This document shows, piece by piece, positions 26,197 through 34,668 of a DNA stretch of 38,660 nucleotides. Origin of the DNA: Myxococcota bacterium (GTDB lineage Bacteria; Myxococcota_A; Bradymonadia; UBA7976; UBA1532); assembly GCA_036337435.1 (NCBI GenBank), contig JAYZEG010000031.1, positions 1 through 38,660 of the forward strand, in the 5' to 3' direction. The notes below the pieces were generated by a model. It worked only from the letters and a program-made list of their open reading frames with translations, was not told the origin of the DNA and did no database searches. Every line of letters starts with the position of its first letter. Within the stretch, counting starts at the first letter, position 1. A program made the position numbers and the translations under genes.

Positions 26197-29070
26197 TCAA
26201 CGGCGGATGCCGACGTGGTCACATCCATCGATGGATTCCAGGTTGTCCAGAAGCGCGCAGTCTTCACTTCCGATGCATTCGGTGGGTCCATCCAAAATGA
26301 TTCGGCCACCACAAGCGTGATAGATGGCGATTTGGTTTTGCGAGTACCGCCCGAACTCAAAATCATCTTTTTGATAGCCCGCAATCCACTCATGTTTTCC
26401 ATTTACGTCTGCAAGTCGAATTGAAGAGACCCCGGTGGCTGTAGCGATCGGTGTAAACAGGCCGTAGGGAGGCTGTTCATCGGGATTGTTTCCAAGGATA
26501 TCGTGCACGTCATAAAGTTCGTTTAACAGCACGCCCTTCTCGATTAACCATCGGGTGACTGGACCCCAAGTATCCTCGTTTGAGCCAAACACTCCGGCCG
26601 CGATTGCCAATGTGATGGAGCTTGCGACTGGGACCGTGTCGTCCCCGATTGCGTTCATGAACAACACATTGGTGGGGTCGTGGCTTGGAAGTGGGTCTTT
26701 AAAAAGGTGGGGGGCAAAATTGGACGGATCACACAGATCAAACGCGTGTTGTTGAATGGTTATCGCCCGCCTAAATTCCGCCGTATTACGCGTGTAGCCT
26801 GACCCATCGTAATGAGCGGGAAAGCTCGTTTTTAGAAGTGGTGCGGCCTCAGGGCCAATCATGATTTCGAGTTCGTCGCCTCGATCTGAATCGATGGTCA
26901 ATGCGAAGCCACCATCTTCATTCACTTCAGACCGGTTCGTCATACCATTGACCTTGTTGGTCAATAATACAGGCGTCCCCACCGCGGGTGCAGTAACGTC
27001 GGCCATTGCGCTTGCCTTTGGCCGTCGGCATCGATTCGCCTCGTTGCCTTGGGTAATGTACAGCCTACCGTCTCGTTCGCAGCCCACCACTAAGTTGCCA
27101 AGCACTTCCTCAAAAATAGGCTCGAGGATGAAATCAAGGCCAGACCGAGTCATGATGTCCGCGAGGCCGGCCCCTGCAACAATTGGGGTCACCGTGCGAA
27201 TCTCGGGTTCCATGGCCGCGCCAAGAACCGAATGAATGCCGCCAAGGGATGTGCCTGCGAGCGACAGCGCAACGTTGGGCCCACCAACATCCAGGATGCC
27301 GTCTGCATTGAAGTCGCCGGAAAATAGATAGGGTTTAAGCTCTTCGAAACTCGCATCCTTAGGGTTGGCTAACGGCTCAGATGGGACCTTATCTTGGCTT
27401 AAGCCTCTGATAACTTTCACCATTTGCATCATGTCTAAAATGTCTTGGGTGAACGATGCGCACAGGCGAAACGGGTCGCCATGAAAGAAGGCCTCTGCGA
27501 TGTCCAATTGACCGTCTTGATTGTAGTCTTCTGCGCGCCCGTGTACCGCAAGTTCGGCAAAGAGACAGACTTCGTTCAGTTTCTCCAGTGCCTCGAGTAC
27601 ATCGAGGTCATAAAATTCATCAACTTGGTCTGGTACAAGTAAAGCTGCAATCACTGGGATTAAAGTCGGGAGCAGGTCGGCTGTGTCGGGGTTTTCTGCC
27701 AAAAGACGTGGAATGTCTTGTATTAACGGGCCATGACCAACCTGATCGAATGCAAGCACGGCGATTCCTTGTCTCGCCATCGCATCGGCTATGGCGATGG
27801 GCTCAAATCGACTCGTGCCCGTCCCATGAAAATAGAGCATCACGGGGAACGGAGGCCGAAAACGGTCCGTGGTTTTCGGAACAGCAAGCATGAAGGGTAC
27901 ATCTTCAATGCCGATGTCACCTTGACCAGTCGCCAGATTGAGACTGAGTTCACGTCGTTCATTCATTCGAATGTTCGGTGTCTTCCAGCTGCCGAAGACC
28001 AAATAGTCGACGTACTTAAAGTCCATCATAAAATTATCGTCATCTTGAATGTTTCCCAAGATGGCAAGAATTTGACTGAGGAATTCAGCTTGAAGAATGT
28101 AGCGATGGTCACGGGGGTCCACTGGGAACTCTACTCCGTCGGCATCATGGGTAATCGAAGTGTCTCGGATCTCAGTAATCTCGGAAGAAACCGCATCATT
28201 GAGCTTGGCGAGGGCACCTCGACCATAAAGTCCATCTCGTAGTCGTTGGAAGGGGCCGACGATATTGGCGGTCTTGTAGGTCCAGCCAAAGGCGAGCGCC
28301 TCCGGAGCCAAGCCTGTCAAAGCGAGAGCCTTTTCAATGAAAGGCATTTGGGCGTAATGGCTTTTATAGTCAAAGGGAGAACGGATTTGGCCAACCGTCC
28401 CCTCTGAACTCTGGCCAAAGAGCTCCGTCGTCAAAAGCACAGCATGACGCGCGTTCTGGGCGAGTGGTACGATGGGCCTTATAATGAGAGTGTGTGAAGC
28501 AACTTCGTAATGTCCAACGAGCTCAGCCTCTCCATCTCCATCTATATCTACACGATTGGTATCAGGGAAAATCAGGCTGTCGACCTCAGCATAGGGGTCA
28601 TGGCCATGATAGGGATGCCTCTGCCCAGCTCTCGGAAAATAACCCATGCCGAGGTCGAGCGGCGCAATCTCTCCCTCCCTAGGGTGCCCAGGTTCGATGT
28701 TTACAACGACGATGCTCGACCGATTAACGGTATTTAAATCAATCGGGCCATCGAACGATACCGTGATGGGGGCGTATGGGCCAAAGCCATCTACTCCATT
28801 TAACAAGCCCCTGAGATGAGACTCATGCTGGGTTTCCTTCCGGGTGGATACGTTCCAAGATGCGCCCGATGCGGTCTCACTGTTGGACGTGAGAATGAGG
28901 TCATTTGGGAAGGGGAGCTCGGGTGTTGGTTTAGCCAGTGGGTCAAAGATGATGGTGGGACCATAGACGGCGGCCCTGTCGACCGGTAGAGATGGGTCGT
29001 CCCCTGATGGCATACAGCCGAACAGGGTCATGAAGCAGAGGCCCGATATGAGGCGACTAAGCGTTACCAT
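26197..29070 (-). CDS. Lipoprotein alpha/beta-hydrolase (extracellular lipase/esterase-like)
   Basis: ATG 29070 has a GGAG RBS and overlaps the upstream stop (the ORF track starts at 29166). Lipobox LFG-C. N-terminal LPFPND...LNGVDGFG module typical of Pla-1/cef-like lipases. YFHG oxyanion region, D..GHG, nucleophile GTSLGG, candidate acid GDDTVP and candidate His GKHEW. Confidence 0.85.
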   Translation of the reverse strand: MVTLSRLISGLCFMTLFGCMPSGDDPSLPVDRAAVYGPTIIFDPLAKPTPELPFPNDLILTSNSETASGASWNVSTRKETQHESHLRGLLNGVDGFGPYAPITVSFDGPIDLNTVNRSSIVVVNIEPGHPREGEIAPLDLGMGYFPRAGQRHPYHGHDPYAEVDSLIFPDTNRVDIDGDGEAELVGHYEVASHTLIIRPIVPLAQNARHAVLLTTELFGQSSEGTVGQIRSPFDYKSHYAQMPFIEKALALTGLAPEALAFGWTYKTANIVGPFQRLRDGLYGRGALAKLNDAVSSEITEIRDTSITHDADGVEFPVDPRDHRYILQAEFLSQILAILGNIQDDDNFMMDFKYVDYLVFGSWKTPNIRMNERRELSLNLATGQGDIGIEDVPFMLAVPKTTDRFRPPFPVMLYFHGTGTSRFEPIAIADAMARQGIAVLAFDQVGHGPLIQDIPRLLAENPDTADLLPTLIPVIAALLVPDQVDEFYDLDVLEALEKLNEVCLFAELAVHGRAEDYNQDGQLDIAEAFFHGDPFRLCASFTQDILDMMQMVKVIRGLSQDKVPSEPLANPKDASFEELKPYLFSGDFNADGILDVGGPNVALSLAGTSLGGIHSVLGAAMEPEIRTVTPIVAGAGLADIMTRSGLDFILEPIFEEVLGNLVVGCERDGRLYITQGNEANRCRRPKASAMADVTAPAVGTPVLLTNKVNGMTNRSEVNEDGGFALTIDSDRGDELEIMIGPEAAPLLKTSFPAHYDGSGYTRNTAEFRRAITIQQHAFDLCDPSNFAPHLFKDPLPSHDPTNVLFMNAIGDDTVPVASSITLAIAAGVFGSNEDTWGPVTRWLIEKGVLLNELYDVHDILGNNPDEQPPYGLFTPIATATGVSSIRLADVNGKHEWIAGYQKDDFEFGRYSQNQIAIYHACGGRIILDGPTECIGSEDCALLDNLESIDGCDHVGIRR

Positions 29071-30638
29071 AAGAGCTCCAGAATGCTGCCAAAACCGTTC
29101 GCCTGAGGTCGGCTTTGGCCGGCTGCCGAGTCGAAGACGTTCCCAGGATGCAGCTGTGCATACCATAATTGTGCTGAACCGGTGAATCCAGGTAACTCGA
29201 AGGAATAACTCATGCCGGCGGTATACTCGTGTCCCAAAATACTTGCCGTCTTTGACCCAGACGGCCCTGTTGGCACGCCTCCGTTAAGCCCCGATTGATA
29301 TGGGTCAACCCAAGGCGCGGCTGCGCGCGCATACAAGTAGCTGAAATTGATCGATAGATTATCCATGAGCTTGCCTTGAAGACGAGGATTCAAATAAAGG
29401 CTATTTTCGATAGCGCCCCCGGTTGGTATTTTTTCGAACCCGCGGGGAGGCGAGGCCCGATAATTCTCATCTGCGACATTAGATGCGCTGACGGCCGTCG
29501 CCGCTCTGATGAACGATGAGAATAAGAACGAGCCAGCGCGAAACCCTGAGTCAAACCTAAAATTATGCGACCGCCGGTCGAAAGCATTGTCATCGCCGCT
29601 CGCATAACCCGTTTCAAAGAGCGCATCGAAGTGACTGGATAGCATGCCAACCCGGACAACGCCTCCCGTTGAAAGCACATCGACAGCGTCAGGTTGTAGC
29701 ACTGACTGGCTGAGCGTTGATGTCCCATCCAATATTGCTCCCTCCGCGTCGATGAAAAAGGTCGGCTGGGCTTCAATTGCCCAATCGTAACTAAACGTCC
29801 CGATATAGGCCATAGCACTGGTCTCTCCACCTTCCTGGTGCACCTGCTGTCGATGAAGCACAACGGCCCCGAACTGGCCGCCTTCAAACGTGCCGAACAG
29901 GCCGCCTCCGTACTGGGTGGTCTCATCACCCTTTTCCCAATCTGTCGAATCGTCTTTATAAACCCTGTCACCAAGCAGGGTGAGAGCCAGTGGTGCGCTG
30001 ACCCCTGTCTTTTGCTGCCGGCTGCCAAAGGGTAGGTAGGCAACCTGAACTCTCATATTTCGGTCACCCCGAGCACGCCCGCCATATGGATTGGTTCGGA
30101 TTGAGTGGACAGGCCCGTCGATGCCACCGTTGGCAAGCAGCCCCAGCCCAAACTCCGACCGAGTTAAACCTGCCATGGCAACAAAATATTCGTGAGCGAT
30201 CAGGGAATATGCCTGATTGAGCGCGAACAGAGCATCGCTGGTACTCGCGTAACTCGAATCCGCTTCGGCAAGTAGGTTCGGCGTCGCGATAGCACGCCAA
30301 TTAAACTCGAGTTCGGCGCTTAACTTGACGAGCCGAATCCCTCGTGACGGCATGAGATAATAGGTCGGCTGCAGACGTAAACGTGTTTCACCGTGCTTGA
30401 GAGTGTCCGCCGTCGGTCCTTGGCTCTGGCTGCTGTCGAACCCCGAGTTGTCGAGCGTTTGGTACAAAAAGCGCGTGGCCCCAGACAGGGTGAGCAAACT
30501 TTTTTCTCCAAGGGGTACGAGTAATCGATTGGGATTTGGTGCAAGTGGGTCAGAACCCATCTGAGCATACACGCGAGTGGATATCCAAAAAACCACGATG
30601 AGCAACAGTGTAACATAACGACCCCACGTATGACCCAT
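29064..30638 (-). CDS. Outer-membrane beta-barrel protein (alginate-export/porin-like)
   Basis: Signal peptide ends in VYA. Alternating amphipathic strands, LNQAY, FGLGLLANGG, ETGYASGDDN, LGHE and a C-terminal aromatic residue (LELLW). Confidence 0.75.
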   Translation of the reverse strand: MGHTWGRYVTLLLIVVFWISTRVYAQMGSDPLAPNPNRLLVPLGEKSLLTLSGATRFLYQTLDNSGFDSSQSQGPTADTLKHGETRLRLQPTYYLMPSRGIRLVKLSAELEFNWRAIATPNLLAEADSSYASTSDALFALNQAYSLIAHEYFVAMAGLTRSEFGLGLLANGGIDGPVHSIRTNPYGGRARGDRNMRVQVAYLPFGSRQQKTGVSAPLALTLLGDRVYKDDSTDWEKGDETTQYGGGLFGTFEGGQFGAVVLHRQQVHQEGGETSAMAYIGTFSYDWAIEAQPTFFIDAEGAILDGTSTLSQSVLQPDAVDVLSTGGVVRVGMLSSHFDALFETGYASGDDNAFDRRSHNFRFDSGFRAGSFLFSSFIRAATAVSASNVADENYRASPPRGFEKIPTGGAIENSLYLNPRLQGKLMDNLSINFSYLYARAAAPWVDPYQSGLNGGVPTGPSGSKTASILGHEYTAGMSYSFELPGFTGSAQLWYAQLHPGNVFDSAAGQSRPQANGFGSILELLW

Positions 30639-30744
30639 TGCAGTAATTTTCCCCTAAATTGATTTTGCCCTCGAAACACTAAAGAGGCAATTGCCGTTGC
30701 GGTCAAGCGGAAGATCATGAGAATTGCGAGACAAGGGGGCTGAA

Positions 30745-32907
30745 TCACTCGGCCACGAGTTGCCCCGTGACTTCGAGCCGACCTCCGAAAACAAAACGGC
30801 CGCTATCATATCTCACTTGGTCGTCCAAAACCGGGCCGAAACGGAGCTGATTGATGGACGAGGTGATCGGGGAAAGTTCTTCTATGCCGACGATGACATT
30901 ATCGATGCCGTAGCGTAGACCGGAGTTAAGAGCCGACTCAATTTCCGGCCAGACGGTTGTCGTAATCATCGTTCGCAAGAAATCAGGCTCCAATGGCTGG
31001 CCAGACAGTGCGCTCAGCAGCTCGATTTGGATCACAGGGGCTCCATTGGTCTGCATGGAGATCGTAGCACCCGCCGTCGTATTCTGCATACCGACGTCGA
31101 AAGCAACCGTATAGGTATCGACCCCTTCACCACCGAGAGGGCTAATCTTGAGTTCAAAGGCACCGAGGCTGACCCGAAACGTGTCCTCGGAACCGGCATT
31201 CGGTGGGCCAATGATCGGCGGAATAAGTGCATTGAATTCAACCTCCCCAACAAGCGATGAAACTGACTCGGGTAGCTGAGGGGTCGCCCGAAAGACGCCT
31301 GCTCTCCAAATCTCATGGCAGATGGCATTGAAAAGGCCTAGATCGATGACAACACCGATCCCATTTCCGAAGGCAGGCTGATAGGCTGGTGCATCGATCG
31401 CGGCCACGCCCGGGTCATCAGGCCGTGGCTCGAGTTCTTGCCCGTGACGAAAAATAGCATCGAATTTGAGAATGCTTCCTCGTCTTGGGCTGTGGTCTAT
31501 GACCGTCGCGTCTAAACTGATTTCGATTTCAGAAACTGGGATCCCTGGGACTTGGGCATCGATGGTCAGGGGTAGGCTTGAGATTTCGGTTTCAAGAAGT
31601 GAAAAACCAAGTTCGAAAAGGTCGGGAACCGTTCGTGTGATGACATCCGATGCAAGATCTCGAACAAGACCCCGGGCGATGACTCCGATCTGGGTGTCTA
31701 AACCACTGATGAGGGTGTTGATGGTGGGCTCCAAATAGTCACCTTGTAGTGCCGTGATCGAAATATCATACTCGGGGATTTCAACATCGATAATGTTGGG
31801 ATACGAGACGTCGAAGAGGGAGAAGAACGCGATGGATGCGATAACAGAGCCATCTAAGGACGCTCGGCGCCCATCAATGTCAAGATATCCGTTGGTGATG
31901 AGCCTAACATTGGCCATTTGCCCAAAGAGTTCGGCACCGCTTGAGACGATTTCCAATTCGACGTCAGGTCGAGTGAACTGAATATCTTCAACGGCTAGAC
32001 GCAGACCCACTGCTTCGACAGGCGGTGTCGTCGCCAGAATGCCTCTTAAGTCCGCATACTCAAAAATAAGCTCCATCAGGCCCGCTAATGTCGTTGTCCG
32101 AAATTCATTTCCCGACACCTCGAAAGAGCGTCCCGGCGTATCGAGTGCGGCTTGATCGAGACGTGCCGTGATGGCATCGGGTATGGTTGCGACACCTGCA
32201 TTTGCTGGATGGTACGTTGGTGCCCAGATAAAATATTTGTTGGTCTGCGACGGAACGACGTTGATATCATCGGCAATCGTGACCTGCAGCCGGTTAAGCC
32301 CAAATCGGGGGGCCAGCGCGTGGCTGAATCGGCCATCTGAGTCCACGTCAACTGGTGTTTCGTTGATAACCAGCCGGGGATCGCCCTGGGTATTGCTCAC
32401 GCTGCCCGTTAACGTGAGTGGGATTGTACCTCGACCGCCTTGGCGGGTGCCATGAATCGGCGGTTCAAATCGAACCAGCGGTGTCGATTGGATGCGCACC
32501 GGTCTCTCTGTACAGACCCCATTGGAGGCGCAGGCTTGGATTTTTGCCTGCCCATCCGCAATGCATTCAAAGCTTGACGCCGCCAGTGGCCTCAATACCG
32601 TTGACGGTCGGGCAGAATAGGTCACCCCGTTCAATTCGACTGGCCGCTCCGGGGTGTCGGTGTTGAATGTTTTTAATCGGATGATGTCGCCGGTTTTGTA
32701 AACGGGCTTGTTGGGGGTGAACTGTATGCGAAGTGACAAATTTGAACCGGGCGATGCATCGTTGGCGGGTAGCGAACGCCCTGCATCAAAACGCTGAGAC
32801 CGGCTGGCATCTTGTTGTTCTGCTGGGACAGTGAGGTCGTTCTGGCAACCCGTCCAAAGAAGAAAAAGCGAAGCGACAAATGCCAGAGAATGTCTACCAA
32901 ACGTCAT
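30745..32907 (-). CDS. Hypothetical lipoprotein with Ig-like domains and a possible BPI/LBP (TULIP)-like C-terminal region
   Basis: Lipobox WTG-C. LTGSV..LVINE.PV.V..DGRF...GLN is an Ig-like (glucodextranase-B-like) motif. The C-terminal half has long strand runs separated by long helices, including VIDLGLFNAICHEIWRAG. The CDS is secure; the fold is inference. Confidence 0.7.
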   Translation of the reverse strand: MTFGRHSLAFVASLFLLWTGCQNDLTVPAEQQDASRSQRFDAGRSLPANDASPGSNLSLRIQFTPNKPVYKTGDIIRLKTFNTDTPERPVELNGVTYSARPSTVLRPLAASSFECIADGQAKIQACASNGVCTERPVRIQSTPLVRFEPPIHGTRQGGRGTIPLTLTGSVSNTQGDPRLVINETPVDVDSDGRFSHALAPRFGLNRLQVTIADDINVVPSQTNKYFIWAPTYHPANAGVATIPDAITARLDQAALDTPGRSFEVSGNEFRTTTLAGLMELIFEYADLRGILATTPPVEAVGLRLAVEDIQFTRPDVELEIVSSGAELFGQMANVRLITNGYLDIDGRRASLDGSVIASIAFFSLFDVSYPNIIDVEIPEYDISITALQGDYLEPTINTLISGLDTQIGVIARGLVRDLASDVITRTVPDLFELGFSLLETEISSLPLTIDAQVPGIPVSEIEISLDATVIDHSPRRGSILKFDAIFRHGQELEPRPDDPGVAAIDAPAYQPAFGNGIGVVIDLGLFNAICHEIWRAGVFRATPQLPESVSSLVGEVEFNALIPPIIGPPNAGSEDTFRVSLGAFELKISPLGGEGVDTYTVAFDVGMQNTTAGATISMQTNGAPVIQIELLSALSGQPLEPDFLRTMITTTVWPEIESALNSGLRYGIDNVIVGIEELSPITSSINQLRFGPVLDDQVRYDSGRFVFGGRLEVTGQLVAE

Positions 32908-33001
32908 GAGTCATTGTTTCAGCCCAGCGGGCACAGAGCGGAGCCTGAAGCGGCCCGCCAACTGGTTCATTGTGTCACCGTTTGTTATGCTGAGTCTAGT
33001 C

Positions 33002-34666
33002 ATGAGCAAACAAACCCACAAACATCAAATGCCGCCTGTTCTTCATTCGGGCGGGCGACTAGACTTTCAGGGTGCAGCGCATCTAAATGCCGTCTGGGAA
33101 CGGGAGCTGTCTCGGGGGCGCCTCACGGCCATCAATGCTGGCTCTTGGTCTGTATTTGATCGCTTGGAGCTGGCACTCAACCTCAATGGCGTTACTTTGG
33201 AGATTAGTTTGCCTGCTGAGATCGTTTTTGCTCAAGGCGATGTGCTTGGTCTCGAATGCCGTCTAAGTGAAGAACTTGGTGCTCAAATCGCCTCTCATTT
33301 CTCTGCAACGACGAGCTCGCAAGCTGAATCTGGCGCAGGGCTTACGGTGTCTGAAGCCACGCCCGCTGCGGCACCAGAAGGAGGCCAATCTGCAGAAAAC
33401 CAACATGTCGCCAGCCGGGAGGTCGCGGCTGGTCAAACTAGAGAGTTCGAGCAGGGGTCCATTCGAGACTTGCAGAGCATTCAGGATGCTCTTCTCGTAA
33501 GGCAAGAGAAATCGTTTTTCAGTTTGCTGCGTTCGCTGCAGACCACAGGGCGATACGGCCGTTTGACACTGCTGTCCGGTGGTGAGCCATGGACGTTTGT
33601 TCTAAATCCATCAGGGGGGCTGACCAGCTTTCGGGGACGTTTCCGAAAGCACCTCGGTGAAACAGGGGGTGTTTCGACCGGTCAGCTCTCGCAAGTCCCC
33701 GAGCTTGTGGAACTCGAACAGCTCATGGCCGGCTTACAGGTAAACCCTGGCCGTTTGCAGATTCCCGAGCGGCGCGCGTTCAATCGGGGCGTGCTTCAAT
33801 GTCTTGTGGACACGCTGTTAGAGGTATGCTCGGTCAAAGGGGCTCAATACATATTTGAACCTGGGCGAGGGACGGCCGTACCGGGTTGGGGCGGGGTTCC
33901 GTTTTCCGTTTATGGGCGGCGTTTTCTCGAGGCATTATCGAAGAACAGCCCTCGGGGTGACCTGGATGCAATGTATGAGTTTCGAAAAGAGGCCTATCCC
34001 AATTTAGTTCTCAGTGACTCGTGGTACCCCGACCTACTGCGGCTCAATGAAGCTGAACGGCGCTTTGTGGACTCAAGTTTGAACAAAGGTCGAAATTTAA
34101 GGCAGCTGTTGACGTTGAGTCCGCTCAATCGTCGAGGCACTCTTGAATTCGTTGCGATTCTGGCCGCAATGGGACTGCTCGAGTTCTCTCGGGAGAAGGT
34201 CGAAATCGATCAGACTAAGACGATTATCTCCAATCTCAACAAGCGGGTCGAGCGAGCAAGCCAAGGGTATTTCGAAGCGTTAGATGTCCACGCCAGCGCT
34301 CATTGGTCCGAATATGAATCTGCCCGTGAACGCATGAATGCCCGCTATGGTGATGGGGCTCCCATTCGGGGCCTCGGTCATGACGTGGTTGGTCTGTGTA
34401 ACGAAATTATGGACCGGGTCAATGAGGCATTCGCTGCCCTCGATACGAAGGAGGGGCGTGTTGCCTACAGGCGTCAACGTTACAGCCAAACTGAACTGAG
34501 AGGCTTCGCGCAGTTGCTGTTGGATAAGTTGAAACTGGCCATCTTACGAGAAGACAATCAACAGGCGGTCAGATTAAAGGCGATGGCCCTTGAGTTGGCA
34601 CCGCGAATGGCGATGACGGAGTTGAGGAAACTCCTCGAAACGCCCGAGGATGAACTGACTCTCTGA
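33002..34666 (+). CDS. Cytoplasmic PilZ-like / DUF4388-like / degenerate J-domain protein
   Basis: N-terminal ELSRG...LPAEIVF...LGLE barrel-like segment, Ala/Ser linker, GRLTL and Y.FEPG motifs, YFEALDV...VNEAFAAL...R.AY J-domain-like helices. Start uncertain (ATG 32987, 33002 or 33029; the ORF-track start at 32831 overlaps the divergent gene). Confidence 0.7.
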   Translation: MSKQTHKHQMPPVLHSGGRLDFQGAAHLNAVWERELSRGRLTAINAGSWSVFDRLELALNLNGVTLEISLPAEIVFAQGDVLGLECRLSEELGAQIASHFSATTSSQAESGAGLTVSEATPAAAPEGGQSAENQHVASREVAAGQTREFEQGSIRDLQSIQDALLVRQEKSFFSLLRSLQTTGRYGRLTLLSGGEPWTFVLNPSGGLTSFRGRFRKHLGETGGVSTGQLSQVPELVELEQLMAGLQVNPGRLQIPERRAFNRGVLQCLVDTLLEVCSVKGAQYIFEPGRGTAVPGWGGVPFSVYGRRFLEALSKNSPRGDLDAMYEFRKEAYPNLVLSDSWYPDLLRLNEAERRFVDSSLNKGRNLRQLLTLSPLNRRGTLEFVAILAAMGLLEFSREKVEIDQTKTIISNLNKRVERASQGYFEALDVHASAHWSEYESARERMNARYGDGAPIRGLGHDVVGLCNEIMDRVNEAFAALDTKEGRVAYRRQRYSQTELRGFAQLLLDKLKLAILREDNQQAVRLKAMALELAPRMAMTELRKLLETPEDELTL

Positions 34667-34668
34667 GT

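Noticed and set aside
25803..26402. 199-aa minus-strand ORF bridging the hydrolase and PhyH genes, suggesting a frameshift
   Set aside because: Both flanking genes are complete in their own frames (hydrolase His region and stop; PhyH N-terminal motif), and the bridging ORF has no recognisable features.
18665..30638. MtrAB-type porin-cytochrome conduit formed by the cytochromes and the beta-barrel
   Set aside because: The barrel is 6 kb away on the opposite strand and coupled to the hydrolase, and neither cytochrome has the decaheme MtrA pattern.
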